DNA of 64,000 bases from Marmoricola sp. (GTDB lineage Bacteria; Actinomycetota; Actinomycetes; Propionibacteriales; Nocardioidaceae): positions 9,823 to 73,822 of the forward strand of contig DATAZI010000037.1 of the NCBI GenBank assembly GCA_036272095.1. The letters are read 5' to 3'. The stretch's first letter is position 1; the number at the start of each line of letters is the position of its first letter. Of the stretch, positions 13,211-21,627 are shown piece by piece. The position numbers were made by a program, and so were the translations under genes. A model generated the notes under the pieces. That model did not search any database, was not told the origin of the DNA, and saw nothing but the letters and a program-made list of their open reading frames with translations.

Positions 13211-14872
13211 ATGCGTTCACGCTCTGCCTTCATCCGTGGCATCCAGCAGCTCCTGGGCCGTGAGCGCTCCGATCCCAGAGTCGCCCAGTACCTGTTCGTG
13301 GTGCCGGTGCTGTTCGATGTCGCCTTCGTGCACTTCCACGCCAGTCCGAACGTCCCGTGGTACTACCTAGCCGGGCTCGGCGTGATCGCCCTGGCGACGG
13401 CACTGGCGCTCGGGATCGGGCTGCGGGCGAGGCCGCTGCCGCAGTGGCTCAGCATCGCGGTGCCGACGATCGACATCCTCGGGCTCGGGATGCTGCGGAT
13501 CGACCAGGAGAGCACTGCCGGGATCGCGCTGGTCTTCCCGGCCATCTGGCTCGGGCTCCAGTTCGGGCGCAAGGGGATGGCGACGGCTGCGCTGGCCGGA
13601 TCGGTCGCGTTCGTCGTACCGCTCTTCTGGCGGCACAGCTCCCAGCCCGACATCGCCAGGACCGCGCAGCACCTGGTGCTGGCGCTGATGTGCTCGCTGG
13701 TCGTCGCGGTCACTGCGGAGATGTGGCAGAGCAAGGTCGTCGAGGCTGCCGACACCCAGCGGATGCTCGAACGCGCTGTCGGCGACAGCGCCGACCAGCG
13801 GCGGTTCAACGAGGCGATCCTGAACAGCGTCGACGTCGGGCTGGTCGCGCTGGATGCCGAAGGCCGGGTGCACTCGGTCAACCCGCGGCACCAGCGCTTC
13901 CTCGAGGCCGTCGGCGACCGCGACGGCACCCTGGACCGGGTCGGCAGCACCTTCGGACCGGACGGCTTCAGCGTGCTCGCTGCCGAGGAGCTGCCGACCT
14001 GGCGCGCGATGCGCGGCGAGACCCTGCGCGACTATCTGATCTGGGTCGGGGCGAAGTCCGTCGACCGACGTGCCTTCGCGGTCTCGGTGTCGCCGTTCTT
14101 CACCCCGGCCGGCAGCTTCGACGGTGCGGTCCTCGCCTATCACGACATCACCGAGCTGATGACCGCTGCTCGGCTGAAGGACGAGTTCGTCGCCACCGTC
14201 AGCCACGAGCTGCGCACCCCGCTGACCTCGATCGTCGGGTACGTCGACGTGCTGCTCGAGGACGTCGACGACATCCCCGATGATGCCCGTCCGTTCCTGC
14301 AGACCGTCCAGCGCAACGCGCGCCGGCTGCACCGCCTGGTCGACGACCTGCTCTCCGATGCCCTGCAGCTGGGCCGGGCCGAGCTGCACCTCGGCCGGAT
14401 CTCGCTGGCAGCCGTCGTCCGTTCCTCGGCCGTGGAGGCGCAGAAGGCCGCGGTCGCCGCCGGCCTGGACTTCAAGGTCGACATCGGCAGGGCGGTCCTG
14501 GAGGTGACCGGCGACAGCGAGCGGCTCTCCCAGGTCATCGACAACATCTTCAACAACGCCATCAAGTTCACCCCGCGGGGCGGCAGCGTCAGCGGCTACG
14601 TCAAGCGCGACGGGCGCGACGCGCTGGTCCGGATCAGCGACACCGGCCGGGGGATCCCGCCCGAGGAGCTCCAGGACGTGTTCGTGAAGTTCTACCGCTC
14701 GCCCGGGGTGCAGCTCGACGCCATCCCCGGCACCGGGCTCGGGCTGGCGATCTCCAAGACGATCATCGAGGCCCACGGCGGGGCGATCGATGTCAGCAGC
14801 AGCGTCGGGCTCGGCACCACCCTGGAGATCCGGCTGCCACTGGCCGGGCCGCGGACAGCCCGGCCGAGGTAA
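13211..14872 (+). CDS. Membrane sensor histidine kinase with PAS-like domain
   Basis: N-terminal TM helices; H-box VSHELRTPLTSI; N-box NNAIKFT; DTGRGI and GTGLGLAI G-boxes. Confidence 0.93.
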   Translation: MRSRSAFIRGIQQLLGRERSDPRVAQYLFVVPVLFDVAFVHFHASPNVPWYYLAGLGVIALATALALGIGLRARPLPQWLSIAVPTIDILGLGMLRIDQESTAGIALVFPAIWLGLQFGRKGMATAALAGSVAFVVPLFWRHSSQPDIARTAQHLVLALMCSLVVAVTAEMWQSKVVEAADTQRMLERAVGDSADQRRFNEAILNSVDVGLVALDAEGRVHSVNPRHQRFLEAVGDRDGTLDRVGSTFGPDGFSVLAAEELPTWRAMRGETLRDYLIWVGAKSVDRRAFAVSVSPFFTPAGSFDGAVLAYHDITELMTAARLKDEFVATVSHELRTPLTSIVGYVDVLLEDVDDIPDDARPFLQTVQRNARRLHRLVDDLLSDALQLGRAELHLGRISLAAVVRSSAVEAQKAAVAAGLDFKVDIGRAVLEVTGDSERLSQVIDNIFNNAIKFTPRGGSVSGYVKRDGRDALVRISDTGRGIPPEELQDVFVKFYRSPGVQLDAIPGTGLGLAISKTIIEAHGGAIDVSSSVGLGTTLEIRLPLAGPRTARPR

Positions 14873-14913
14873 GGCTGGCCGAGGTAAGTCTGGCCGAGGT
14901 AAGTCTGGCCGAG
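14862..14913 (+). repeat. 15-bp tandem repeat (GGCCGAGGTAAGTCT) reiterating the kinase stop codon
   Basis: ggccgaggtaaggct ggccgaggtaagtct ggccgaggtaagtct ggccgag. Confidence 0.9.
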
Positions 14914-14960
14914 CGCGCGTCCGACACCGGATTCGCTGCTGGGCGGGGGAGGATGGGGCA

Positions 14961-15692
14961 GTGCCTCTCTACACCGACGAAGCGATCGTGCTGCGCACGC
15001 GCAAGCTCGCGGAGGCGGATCGGATCATCACGCTGCTGACCCGTCAGCACGGCGTGGTCCGCGCGGTGGCCAAGGGCGTACGACGGACCTCCTCGCGCTT
15101 CGGCTCGCGCCTGGAGCCGTTCACCCATGTCGACCTGCAGCTGGCCGAGGGCCGCAACCTGGACACCATCACCCAGGCGGTCACCCGCTCGCCGTTCGGC
15201 GAGGTGATCAGCGCCGACTACGACCGCTACACCGCAGCATCGGTGATGCTGGAGACCGCCGAGCGGCTGGTCGCCGAGGAGCGCGAGCCCTCGGTCCAGC
15301 AGTACCTGCTGCTGATCGGCGGCCTGCGGGCGATGGCCGCCGGCGAGCACCGCGCTTCAGACGTGATGGACTCCTTCGTGCTGCGCTCGCTCGCCGTCGC
15401 CGGCTACGCGCCCTCGTTCGACGGCTGCGCCCGCTGCGGGCTCGAAGGCCCGCACCGTGACTTCCATCCGGCCTCGGGCGGTGTGCTCTGCTCGGACTGC
15501 CGGGCTCCGGGGTCCGCGCATCCGGCGCCAACCACGATCGTGCTGCTCGGCGCGCTGCTGGCAGGCGACTGGCCGGTCGTCGACGCCGCCTCGGACCGGG
15601 ATCGGCGCGAGGCCCGCGGGCTGGTCTCGGCGTACCTGGCCTGGCACCTGGAGCGGGGACTGCGCTCGCTGCCCTACGCGACCGGTCTGTGA
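14961..15692 (+). CDS. recO: DNA repair protein RecO
   Basis: GTG 14961: VPLYTDEAIVLRTRKLAEADRII...AVAKGVRRTSSRFG; CxxC...CxxC zinc finger. Confidence 0.96.
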   Translation: MPLYTDEAIVLRTRKLAEADRIITLLTRQHGVVRAVAKGVRRTSSRFGSRLEPFTHVDLQLAEGRNLDTITQAVTRSPFGEVISADYDRYTAASVMLETAERLVAEEREPSVQQYLLLIGGLRAMAAGEHRASDVMDSFVLRSLAVAGYAPSFDGCARCGLEGPHRDFHPASGGVLCSDCRAPGSAHPAPTTIVLLGALLAGDWPVVDAASDRDRREARGLVSAYLAWHLERGLRSLPYATGL

Positions 15693-15727
15693 CCTCGTTG
15701 CTGTCCTCGACGAAGTAGGGTCGAGGA

Positions 15728-16546
15728 GTGCGGAAGTCACGGCGCGTGGCCGCCACGTCCCGGCGGACGAAGTTCTCCTATCCCGAGCCGCACCCCAGCG
15801 GTGCCGCGCCGCCGCAGATCCCGGCAGACCTGGTACCCGAGCACATCGCGGTGATCATGGACGGCAACGGACGCTGGGCCAATCAGCGTGGACTGCCCAG
15901 GACGGCCGGGCACGAGCGCGGTGAGCAGGCCCTGGTCGAGGTGGTCAAGGGCGCGATCGAGATCGGGGTGAAGGCGGTCTCGGCGTACGCGTTCTCGACT
16001 GAGAACTGGTCGCGCTCGCCCGAGGAGGTCCGCTTCCTGATGGGCTTCAACCGCGATGTGGTGCGGCGCCGTCGCGAGGAGCTGCACGACCTCGGGGTCA
16101 AGGTCCGCTGGGCCGGCCGGTCGCCCCGGCTGTGGCGCTCGGTGATCAAGGAGCTGCAGGTCGCCGAGGACCTGACCCGTGACAACGACGTGCTCACCCT
16201 GACGATGTGCGTGAACTACGGCGGCCGCGCCGAGATCGCGGACGCTGCGCGCGACCTCGCTCTCGACGTCGCTGCCGGCAAGGTCAATCCCAACCGGATC
16301 GACGAGCGCACCTTCGCCAAGTACCTCTACGTCCCCGAGCAGCCCGAGGCCGACATGGTCTGGCGCACCTCGGGGGAGGAGCGGCTGAGCAACTTCATGC
16401 TCTGGCAGGCGGCGTACTCCGAGTTCGTGTTCACCGACGTGCTGTGGCCCGATGTCGACCGGATCGAGCTCTGGAAGGCGATCGAGCTCTACGCCCAGCG
16501 GCACCGGAAATTCGGTGCCGCCGAGGACCTCGCGCCCAACGGCTAG
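15728..16546 (+). CDS. uppS: Isoprenyl transferase (cis-prenyltransferase)
   Basis: HIAVIMDGNGRWA, YAFSTENWSR, NYGGR, RTSGEERLSNF.LWQ. Confidence 0.95.
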   Translation: MRKSRRVAATSRRTKFSYPEPHPSGAAPPQIPADLVPEHIAVIMDGNGRWANQRGLPRTAGHERGEQALVEVVKGAIEIGVKAVSAYAFSTENWSRSPEEVRFLMGFNRDVVRRRREELHDLGVKVRWAGRSPRLWRSVIKELQVAEDLTRDNDVLTLTMCVNYGGRAEIADAARDLALDVAAGKVNPNRIDERTFAKYLYVPEQPEADMVWRTSGEERLSNFMLWQAAYSEFVFTDVLWPDVDRIELWKAIELYAQRHRKFGAAEDLAPNG

Positions 16547-16608
16547 CGTTCACCAGGCCGCGCAGCGCGTGCTGCTCTGCGTGCGAAGGCAAGGCGGCCA
16601 GCGTGCGT

Positions 16609-17013
16609 TCAGCAGTGCGCGCAGGTCCCGAAGATCTCCAGGGTGTGGCTTACCTCGCGGAAGCCGTGCTTCTCGGCGACCCCTCGGGTCCACTTCTCCA
16701 CCGCGGGTCCTTCGACCTCCACCGTCCGGCCGCAGGTGCGGCAGACCAGGTGGTGGTGATGACTCGAGCTGCAGCGCCGGTAGACGGCCTCGCCGGCCTC
16801 TGAGCGGAGCATGTCGATCTCCCCGGCTTCAGCCATCGCCTGCAGGGCACGGTAGACGGTGGAGAGACCGACGTTGTCGCCGCCGCCGCGCAGCACCTCG
16901 TGGATCTCCTGAGCGCTGCGGAACTCGCCGCACTCCTCCAGGACCGCGACGACAGCCCGGCGTTGCCGGGTCGGCCGCAATGCGGAGTCCGTGTTCGGTT
17001 CAGTGCTCGTCAT
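16609..17013 (-). CDS. zur: Zinc uptake regulator (Fur family)
   Basis: RPTRQR, GLSTVYRALQ, HHHHLVCRTCG, C-terminal CAHC; last gene of the znu operon. Confidence 0.9.
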   Translation of the reverse strand: MTSTEPNTDSALRPTRQRRAVVAVLEECGEFRSAQEIHEVLRGGGDNVGLSTVYRALQAMAEAGEIDMLRSEAGEAVYRRCSSSHHHHLVCRTCGRTVEVEGPAVEKWTRGVAEKHGFREVSHTLEIFGTCAHC

Positions 17014-17989
17014 AGTGGCCTCCGTGGACCGCGTGCCGGTGCCCGTCGTGGATGTAGTCGATGTGGTCGCCGTGCTCGACGGCGAGGTGCCCGCAGCCGT
17101 GGCGATGCTCGTGGTCGTGCGGTTCCTCGACAGGCTGCGGGTCCGGCGGTACGTCGACCGGGTACGGCACCCGGGCCTTGCGCCGGCGCTGGATCAGTAG
17201 GCCGATCGGTGCGGTCAAGGCGAACCCGGCCAGCGCGACCAGGACGATCATCGCTCCCGGGGGAGCGTCCACGAACCCGGTCACACCGACCCCGGTGACC
17301 GCAGCCAGCGCACCGGCGGTCATCGCCGAGAACATCGTGATCCGGAATCCGCGGGTGAACTGCTGGGCGGTCGCCACCGGGATGATCATCAAGGCGCTGA
17401 CCAGGAGCAGTCCGACCGTGCGCATCGCGACGCTGACCGAGACTGCGGCGAGCACGGAGATGAGCACGTTGTAGAAGCGCACCTTGAGGCCGGTCGTCAG
17501 TGCGTAGTCCTCGTCGTTGGACACCGCGAAGAGCTGCGGCAGCAGGGCGATCGAGAGCGCGATCACGGTGACGGCCAGCCCGACGCTGACCCACACGTCG
17601 GTCCATGAGATCGCTGTGATCGACCCGAACAGGTACCCCTGCAAGGCGTAGGCGCCGTTGCCGGCCAGCTGGATCAGCACCAGCCCGCCGGCGATGCCGC
17701 CGTAGAAGAGCAGTGCCAGGGCGACGTCGCCGGATGCCTTGCCGCTGGAACGGATCAGCTCGATCAGCAACGCGCCGAAGATGGCGATCACGATCGCTGA
17801 GAACGTCGGGGAGGTGCCGGTGAGCAGGCCGAGCGCGACCCCGGTCACGCAGATGTGGCCGATGCCGTCGCCGAGCAGGGAGAGCCGGCGCTGGACGAGG
17901 TAGGTGCCGACGGTCGGTGCTGCCAGACCGGTCACAGCCGCGGCGATCAGTGCTCGGAGCATGAGCTGGGAGAACAAGACCTCGAACAT
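17000..17989 (-). CDS. znuB: Zinc ABC transporter permease with His/Cys-rich C-terminal tail
   Basis: RRLSLLGDGIGH, YLFGSI, VGLLLVSALMIIP; tail HDHEHRHGCGH...HGDHIDYIHDGHRH. Confidence 0.92.
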   Translation of the reverse strand: MFEVLFSQLMLRALIAAAVTGLAAPTVGTYLVQRRLSLLGDGIGHICVTGVALGLLTGTSPTFSAIVIAIFGALLIELIRSSGKASGDVALALLFYGGIAGGLVLIQLAGNGAYALQGYLFGSITAISWTDVWVSVGLAVTVIALSIALLPQLFAVSNDEDYALTTGLKVRFYNVLISVLAAVSVSVAMRTVGLLLVSALMIIPVATAQQFTRGFRITMFSAMTAGALAAVTGVGVTGFVDAPPGAMIVLVALAGFALTAPIGLLIQRRRKARVPYPVDVPPDPQPVEEPHDHEHRHGCGHLAVEHGDHIDYIHDGHRHAVHGGHYDEH

Positions 17990-18798
17990 CAGACGGTCCC
18001 TCCGTTGCGAGAGCCGTCCAACGGCGCCGTGACCTGGGGCCCGACGATGACCGGCCGGGGCTGGTCGTGATGGTGGTGGCTGTGCCCGTGGTCGAAGCCC
18101 GGTGAGGTGATCGGCGGACCGTCGTAGGTGATCCGGCCCTCGCGCATCGTCACGGTGCGCTGGATCAGCGGTTCGAACGGGCCGAGCTCGTGAAGCACCA
18201 CCAGGATCGTCGATCCGAGCGCAGCGCGAGCAGCAAGCGTGTTGGCGATGTCGTGCTGGCTCGCCAGGTCGACGCCGGCGTTGGGCTCGTCGAGCACGAG
18301 CAGCTCCGGCTCCCCGGCCAGGGTCCGGGCCATCAGCACCCGCTGCTGCTGGCCGCCGGACAGGGTGCTGACCTGGTGCTTGGTCCGGTCGCCGAGCCCG
18401 ACCTGCTCGATCGCTGCGCCGATCGCCTCACGGTCTGCGGCGCGCAGCGGCAGCAGCGGCCGGCGTCGAGACATCCGACCCGAGGCCACGACTTCCCAGA
18501 CGGTGGACGGGACGCCCTGGGCGATGGTCGACCGCTGCGGGACGTAGCCCAGGCGCGGCCACTGCGAGAACTTCTCCAGCGGCGTGCCGAAGAGCCGGAC
18601 CTCGCCCTTGGTCATCGGGTTCAGCCCGACGATCGCTTTGACCAGGGTCGACTTGCCGGAGCCGTTGGCGCCGAGCAGCGCAACGACCTCGCCGTGGTTC
18701 ACGGTGAGGTCGATGTCGCGCAGGATCGGCCGACCACCGAGGGCGACAGCACCTTCGGCGACGCGGACGACTTCTGCCGGATCGTCGGCTTCGATCAT
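17989..18798 (-). CDS. znuC: Zinc ABC transporter ATP-binding protein
   Basis: GANGSGKST, GYVPQR, LSGGQQQR, LDEP; ATG 18798 overlaps the znuA stop. Confidence 0.92.
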   Translation of the reverse strand: MIEADDPAEVVRVAEGAVALGGRPILRDIDLTVNHGEVVALLGANGSGKSTLVKAIVGLNPMTKGEVRLFGTPLEKFSQWPRLGYVPQRSTIAQGVPSTVWEVVASGRMSRRRPLLPLRAADREAIGAAIEQVGLGDRTKHQVSTLSGGQQQRVLMARTLAGEPELLVLDEPNAGVDLASQHDIANTLAARAALGSTILVVLHELGPFEPLIQRTVTMREGRITYDGPPITSPGFDHGHSHHHHDQPRPVIVGPQVTAPLDGSRNGGTV

Positions 18799-19724
18799 GG
18801 GCACGAGTCCGCCTTCTGGATCGCCTTCAGGTTCTCCCGCATCAGGGTCAGGTACGTCGCGTGCGGATCGGTGGAGTTCAGGCCCTCGATCGGATCGAGC
18901 ACCGCAGTGCTGATGTGCAGGTCGCCGGCCAGGGCGTTGACCAGCTTGGGGCTCGCGAGGCGCTCGTTGAAGACGGTGGTGATGTGGTCGCTCTTGATCA
19001 GGTCGGCGAGCTCCTGCAGGTGCTTCGGCGACGGCTCGGCATCCGGCGAGATCCCGGCGATCGGGTGTACCTGCAGGTTGTAGCGGCGGCCGAGGTACTC
19101 GAACGCGTCGTGGCTGACCACCAGGCTGCGGGAGGCGCAGTTCGCGAGCCCCGTCCGGTAGTCGGCGTCGAGCGCGGTCAGATCCTGTTGCAGCGAGGCG
19201 TTGTTGGCACGGTAGTCAGCCGCGTGCTCGGGGTCCGCCTTCTCCATCGTGGCGGCGAACTTGTCGGCCACCTTCGCCAACAGGGTCGGGTCCTGCCAGA
19301 AGTGCGGGTCGCCGGCCTTCCCGCTGGTGCTCTTGGCGAACTCATCGCCCAGCCCGGGCGGCACCGCGGACAGGCTCACGATGCTGGTCACGTTGATCGC
19401 GTGCTGGGGGCTGTCGTTGCTGATCACCTGGTCGACCGAGGGCTGCAGGCCCTTCTCGTAGAGAGCGACCTCGGACTTCGAGACCAGCACCGCTTGGCGC
19501 GGGGTGAGCTCGAGGTCGTGCGGCTCGGCGCCGGGCTTGGTGAGGTTCGTGACGTCGGCATCGTCCCCGACGATCCGCGAGGCCACGAAGTACAGCGGGT
19601 AGAACGATGTGACCACCTGCGGCTTGCCGTCCGAAGGCGTGACGCCGCTGCAGGCTGCGAGGGGCAGGAGCAGAAGCCCGGCGAGCAGGCCAACGACGGA
19701 GCGGTGAGGGAGGCCTGAGGACAC
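18795..19724 (-). CDS. znuA: Zinc ABC transporter substrate-binding lipoprotein
   Basis: Lipobox LAAC; SFYPL, GAEPHD, DPHFW, SHDAFEYL, LDPIEG; start uncertain (GTG 19724 preferred because ATG 19739 lies inside the operator). Confidence 0.9.
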   Translation of the reverse strand: MSSGLPHRSVVGLLAGLLLLPLAACSGVTPSDGKPQVVTSFYPLYFVASRIVGDDADVTNLTKPGAEPHDLELTPRQAVLVSKSEVALYEKGLQPSVDQVISNDSPQHAINVTSIVSLSAVPPGLGDEFAKSTSGKAGDPHFWQDPTLLAKVADKFAATMEKADPEHAADYRANNASLQQDLTALDADYRTGLANCASRSLVVSHDAFEYLGRRYNLQVHPIAGISPDAEPSPKHLQELADLIKSDHITTVFNERLASPKLVNALAGDLHISTAVLDPIEGLNSTDPHATYLTLMRENLKAIQKADSCP

Positions 19725-19760
19725 GACAATGATTCTCATTCACAATGAGAATCATTGTCA
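19724..19760. promoter_or_regulatory. Two adjacent Zur boxes forming a perfect 16-bp inverted repeat
   Basis: GACAATGATTCTCATT-cac-AATGAGAATCATTGTC (19725-19759); each half fits the TGAnAAtnaTTnTCA-type actinobacterial Zur box. Confidence 0.9.
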
Positions 19761-19870
19761 AATCAACGACCAAAGCGAGGAACGAGCGCAGTCAGCTGAT
19801 TTGAGGTCGAACAAGCGCGCGGGTGAGCTAGCGGACCCGCGACCGCGCGTCGAGACCAGGCGACGTGCCC

Positions 19871-21025
19871 TCAGCTCACGGCCACCGGCGCCTCACCCAC
19901 AGCCACCAGCTCCACCCTCGGCTTCGCCGGCACCTCATCTGCCAGGAACCAGCGGAACGCCAGCATCCCGCGCGGGTTGTCCAGCGTGGTCACGGCGTTC
20001 GGGTGCTCGAGCTGGCGTCGGGCGACCACGATCGTGATGGTGCCGTCGCTGTTGAGCGCCGCGGTGTGGTTGTTCAGCGAAGTGGTGCCGTCGGTCGCGT
20101 TGTGGCCGGCCATGTACTCCGACCAGGGCATGAAGTTCCAGAACCGGAAGCTGCTCGGCGGCGTGTAGGTGAGAACCAGCGCCTCGTCGGGTGCCAGGTC
20201 GTAGCTGCCGAAGCAGTACGTCGCGTCGGTGGCCGACCAGCCGAAGTTGAAGTCGGGCACCCGGTAGGGCTCGGCGACGGCGTTCACCCCGTCCGGGGTC
20301 TCGTGGCCCAGGCCGAGGCGGTCGGAGCCGGTGCGCTCCTCGATCGTCATCGGGACGATCATGAACATCGTCCTCATCCAGGTCAGCGTCGAGCGCAGCG
20401 CCTGCGCCGTGGCTGCGTCAGAGCGGACGACGGGGTCGGGATCGCCGACGCACTCGATGTGCCACTCGACCGGCTTCCCGGTCAGCGGGTCGGCCTGGTA
20501 GTCGCGGGTCAGGGCGGCGGCGGTGTCGGCGGTGAACTCGATCCAGGGCCCGGCGTACCCCGCCGGCCGGGTGGTGCCGAGGAAGAAGGAGAAGGTGCCG
20601 TCCTCGCCGATGTCGAGGTCGGAGTCCTTCACGACGCCGACGACCTTGTCCGACCACGCGCCCGGGGACGGCTCGTTGTAGACGGTCACCGAGAAGTAGG
20701 CGCTGTCGTTGCGGGTGCCCCAGATCCGGTAGGTCCGCTCCGGGTCGAGGACCGCGAAGGCGTACGACGCGTCGGTGTTGTCCCCGCCCCAGCGCCGGTC
20801 GCGCCGGAACGGCGTCACCGTGTCCACCCAGACCGGCCGGGTCTTCTCCGGGTAGAGGTAGATGTCGAGGCCGACGCCCAGGATGGTTGCGAGCATCCGG
20901 TAGCCGTTGACGACGCCGGTCTCGGTGGTCACCGCCCGATCGCCGGCCAGGAAGCTGGCCTGCAGCTCGTCGAGCCCGGCGAGCAGCTCTTTCCAGGCGG
21001 TGGTGGACTCGTAGGTGTCAGTCAT
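19871..21025 (-). CDS. DUF1214-like conserved protein
   Basis: WGGDNTDASY, YRIWGTR, DGTFSF, RFWNF, NSDGTITIVVA, G.LAFRW; typical of sulfotransferase-associated actinobacterial proteins. Confidence 0.75.
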   Translation of the reverse strand: MTDTYESTTAWKELLAGLDELQASFLAGDRAVTTETGVVNGYRMLATILGVGLDIYLYPEKTRPVWVDTVTPFRRDRRWGGDNTDASYAFAVLDPERTYRIWGTRNDSAYFSVTVYNEPSPGAWSDKVVGVVKDSDLDIGEDGTFSFFLGTTRPAGYAGPWIEFTADTAAALTRDYQADPLTGKPVEWHIECVGDPDPVVRSDAATAQALRSTLTWMRTMFMIVPMTIEERTGSDRLGLGHETPDGVNAVAEPYRVPDFNFGWSATDATYCFGSYDLAPDEALVLTYTPPSSFRFWNFMPWSEYMAGHNATDGTTSLNNHTAALNSDGTITIVVARRQLEHPNAVTTLDNPRGMLAFRWFLADEVPAKPRVELVAVGEAPVAVS

Positions 21026-21587
21026 CGTGCGGTCCCTCTTCCTTCTCGGATTCTTCGGTGAGGAGTGCGGTGATCCGGTCGACCCAGGCGCTGCGGCCCG
21101 GTTCTGCGTCCAGGTCGCCAGGGTGGAGCAGTAGTGCGAAGAAGGCGGCGCCGGCGACGAGGTCGAGCAGCGGCTGCTCGACCCCGCCGAGCGCCTCGGA
21201 GAAGCGCGTCAGCAGGGCCCGGTGCAGCGACGGGTCGGCCGTGATCGCCGCGACCAGGCCGGGTGCCGCCGCCCGGGCCACCGGGTGCGCGAAGGCGTCC
21301 AGTGAGCCGGCCACCAGCGAGCGGATGTCGGGGCGGGCCGCTCCGTCGCCGGTGAGGGTCAGTGCTCGAGGGAAGGCCGCCTCGTGCACGAGGTGGTCCA
21401 GCGAGGGCCAGCGCCGGTAGAGCGCCGGCCGGGTGGTGCCGGCGCGCTGCGCGATCGCGGTCAGGGACAGGCCGGCGTACCCGGACTCGAGCAGGAGCTC
21501 GCGGGTGGCGTGCAGCACCGCCTCGTCGATCCGTACGTCGCGAGGTCGCCCGAGGCCCTGTTCAGCCGGATTCGCTTGTGTCAGCAT
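21018..21587 (-). CDS. TetR/AcrR family transcriptional regulator
   Basis: ATG 21587; GRPRD...ATRELLLESGYAGLSLTAIAQRAGTTRPALYRRW HTH. Confidence 0.92.
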   Translation of the reverse strand: MLTQANPAEQGLGRPRDVRIDEAVLHATRELLLESGYAGLSLTAIAQRAGTTRPALYRRWPSLDHLVHEAAFPRALTLTGDGAARPDIRSLVAGSLDAFAHPVARAAAPGLVAAITADPSLHRALLTRFSEALGGVEQPLLDLVAGAAFFALLLHPGDLDAEPGRSAWVDRITALLTEESEKEEGPHDD

Positions 21588-21627
21588 TCCAATACGGAGC
21601 GTAACGCAACTCACCCAGGAGCAACAG

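Noticed and set aside
15689-15718. Mini-ORF overlapping the recO stop (GTGA)
   Set aside because: It stops 9 nt before uppS and does not overlap its start, so it is not a bridging ORF
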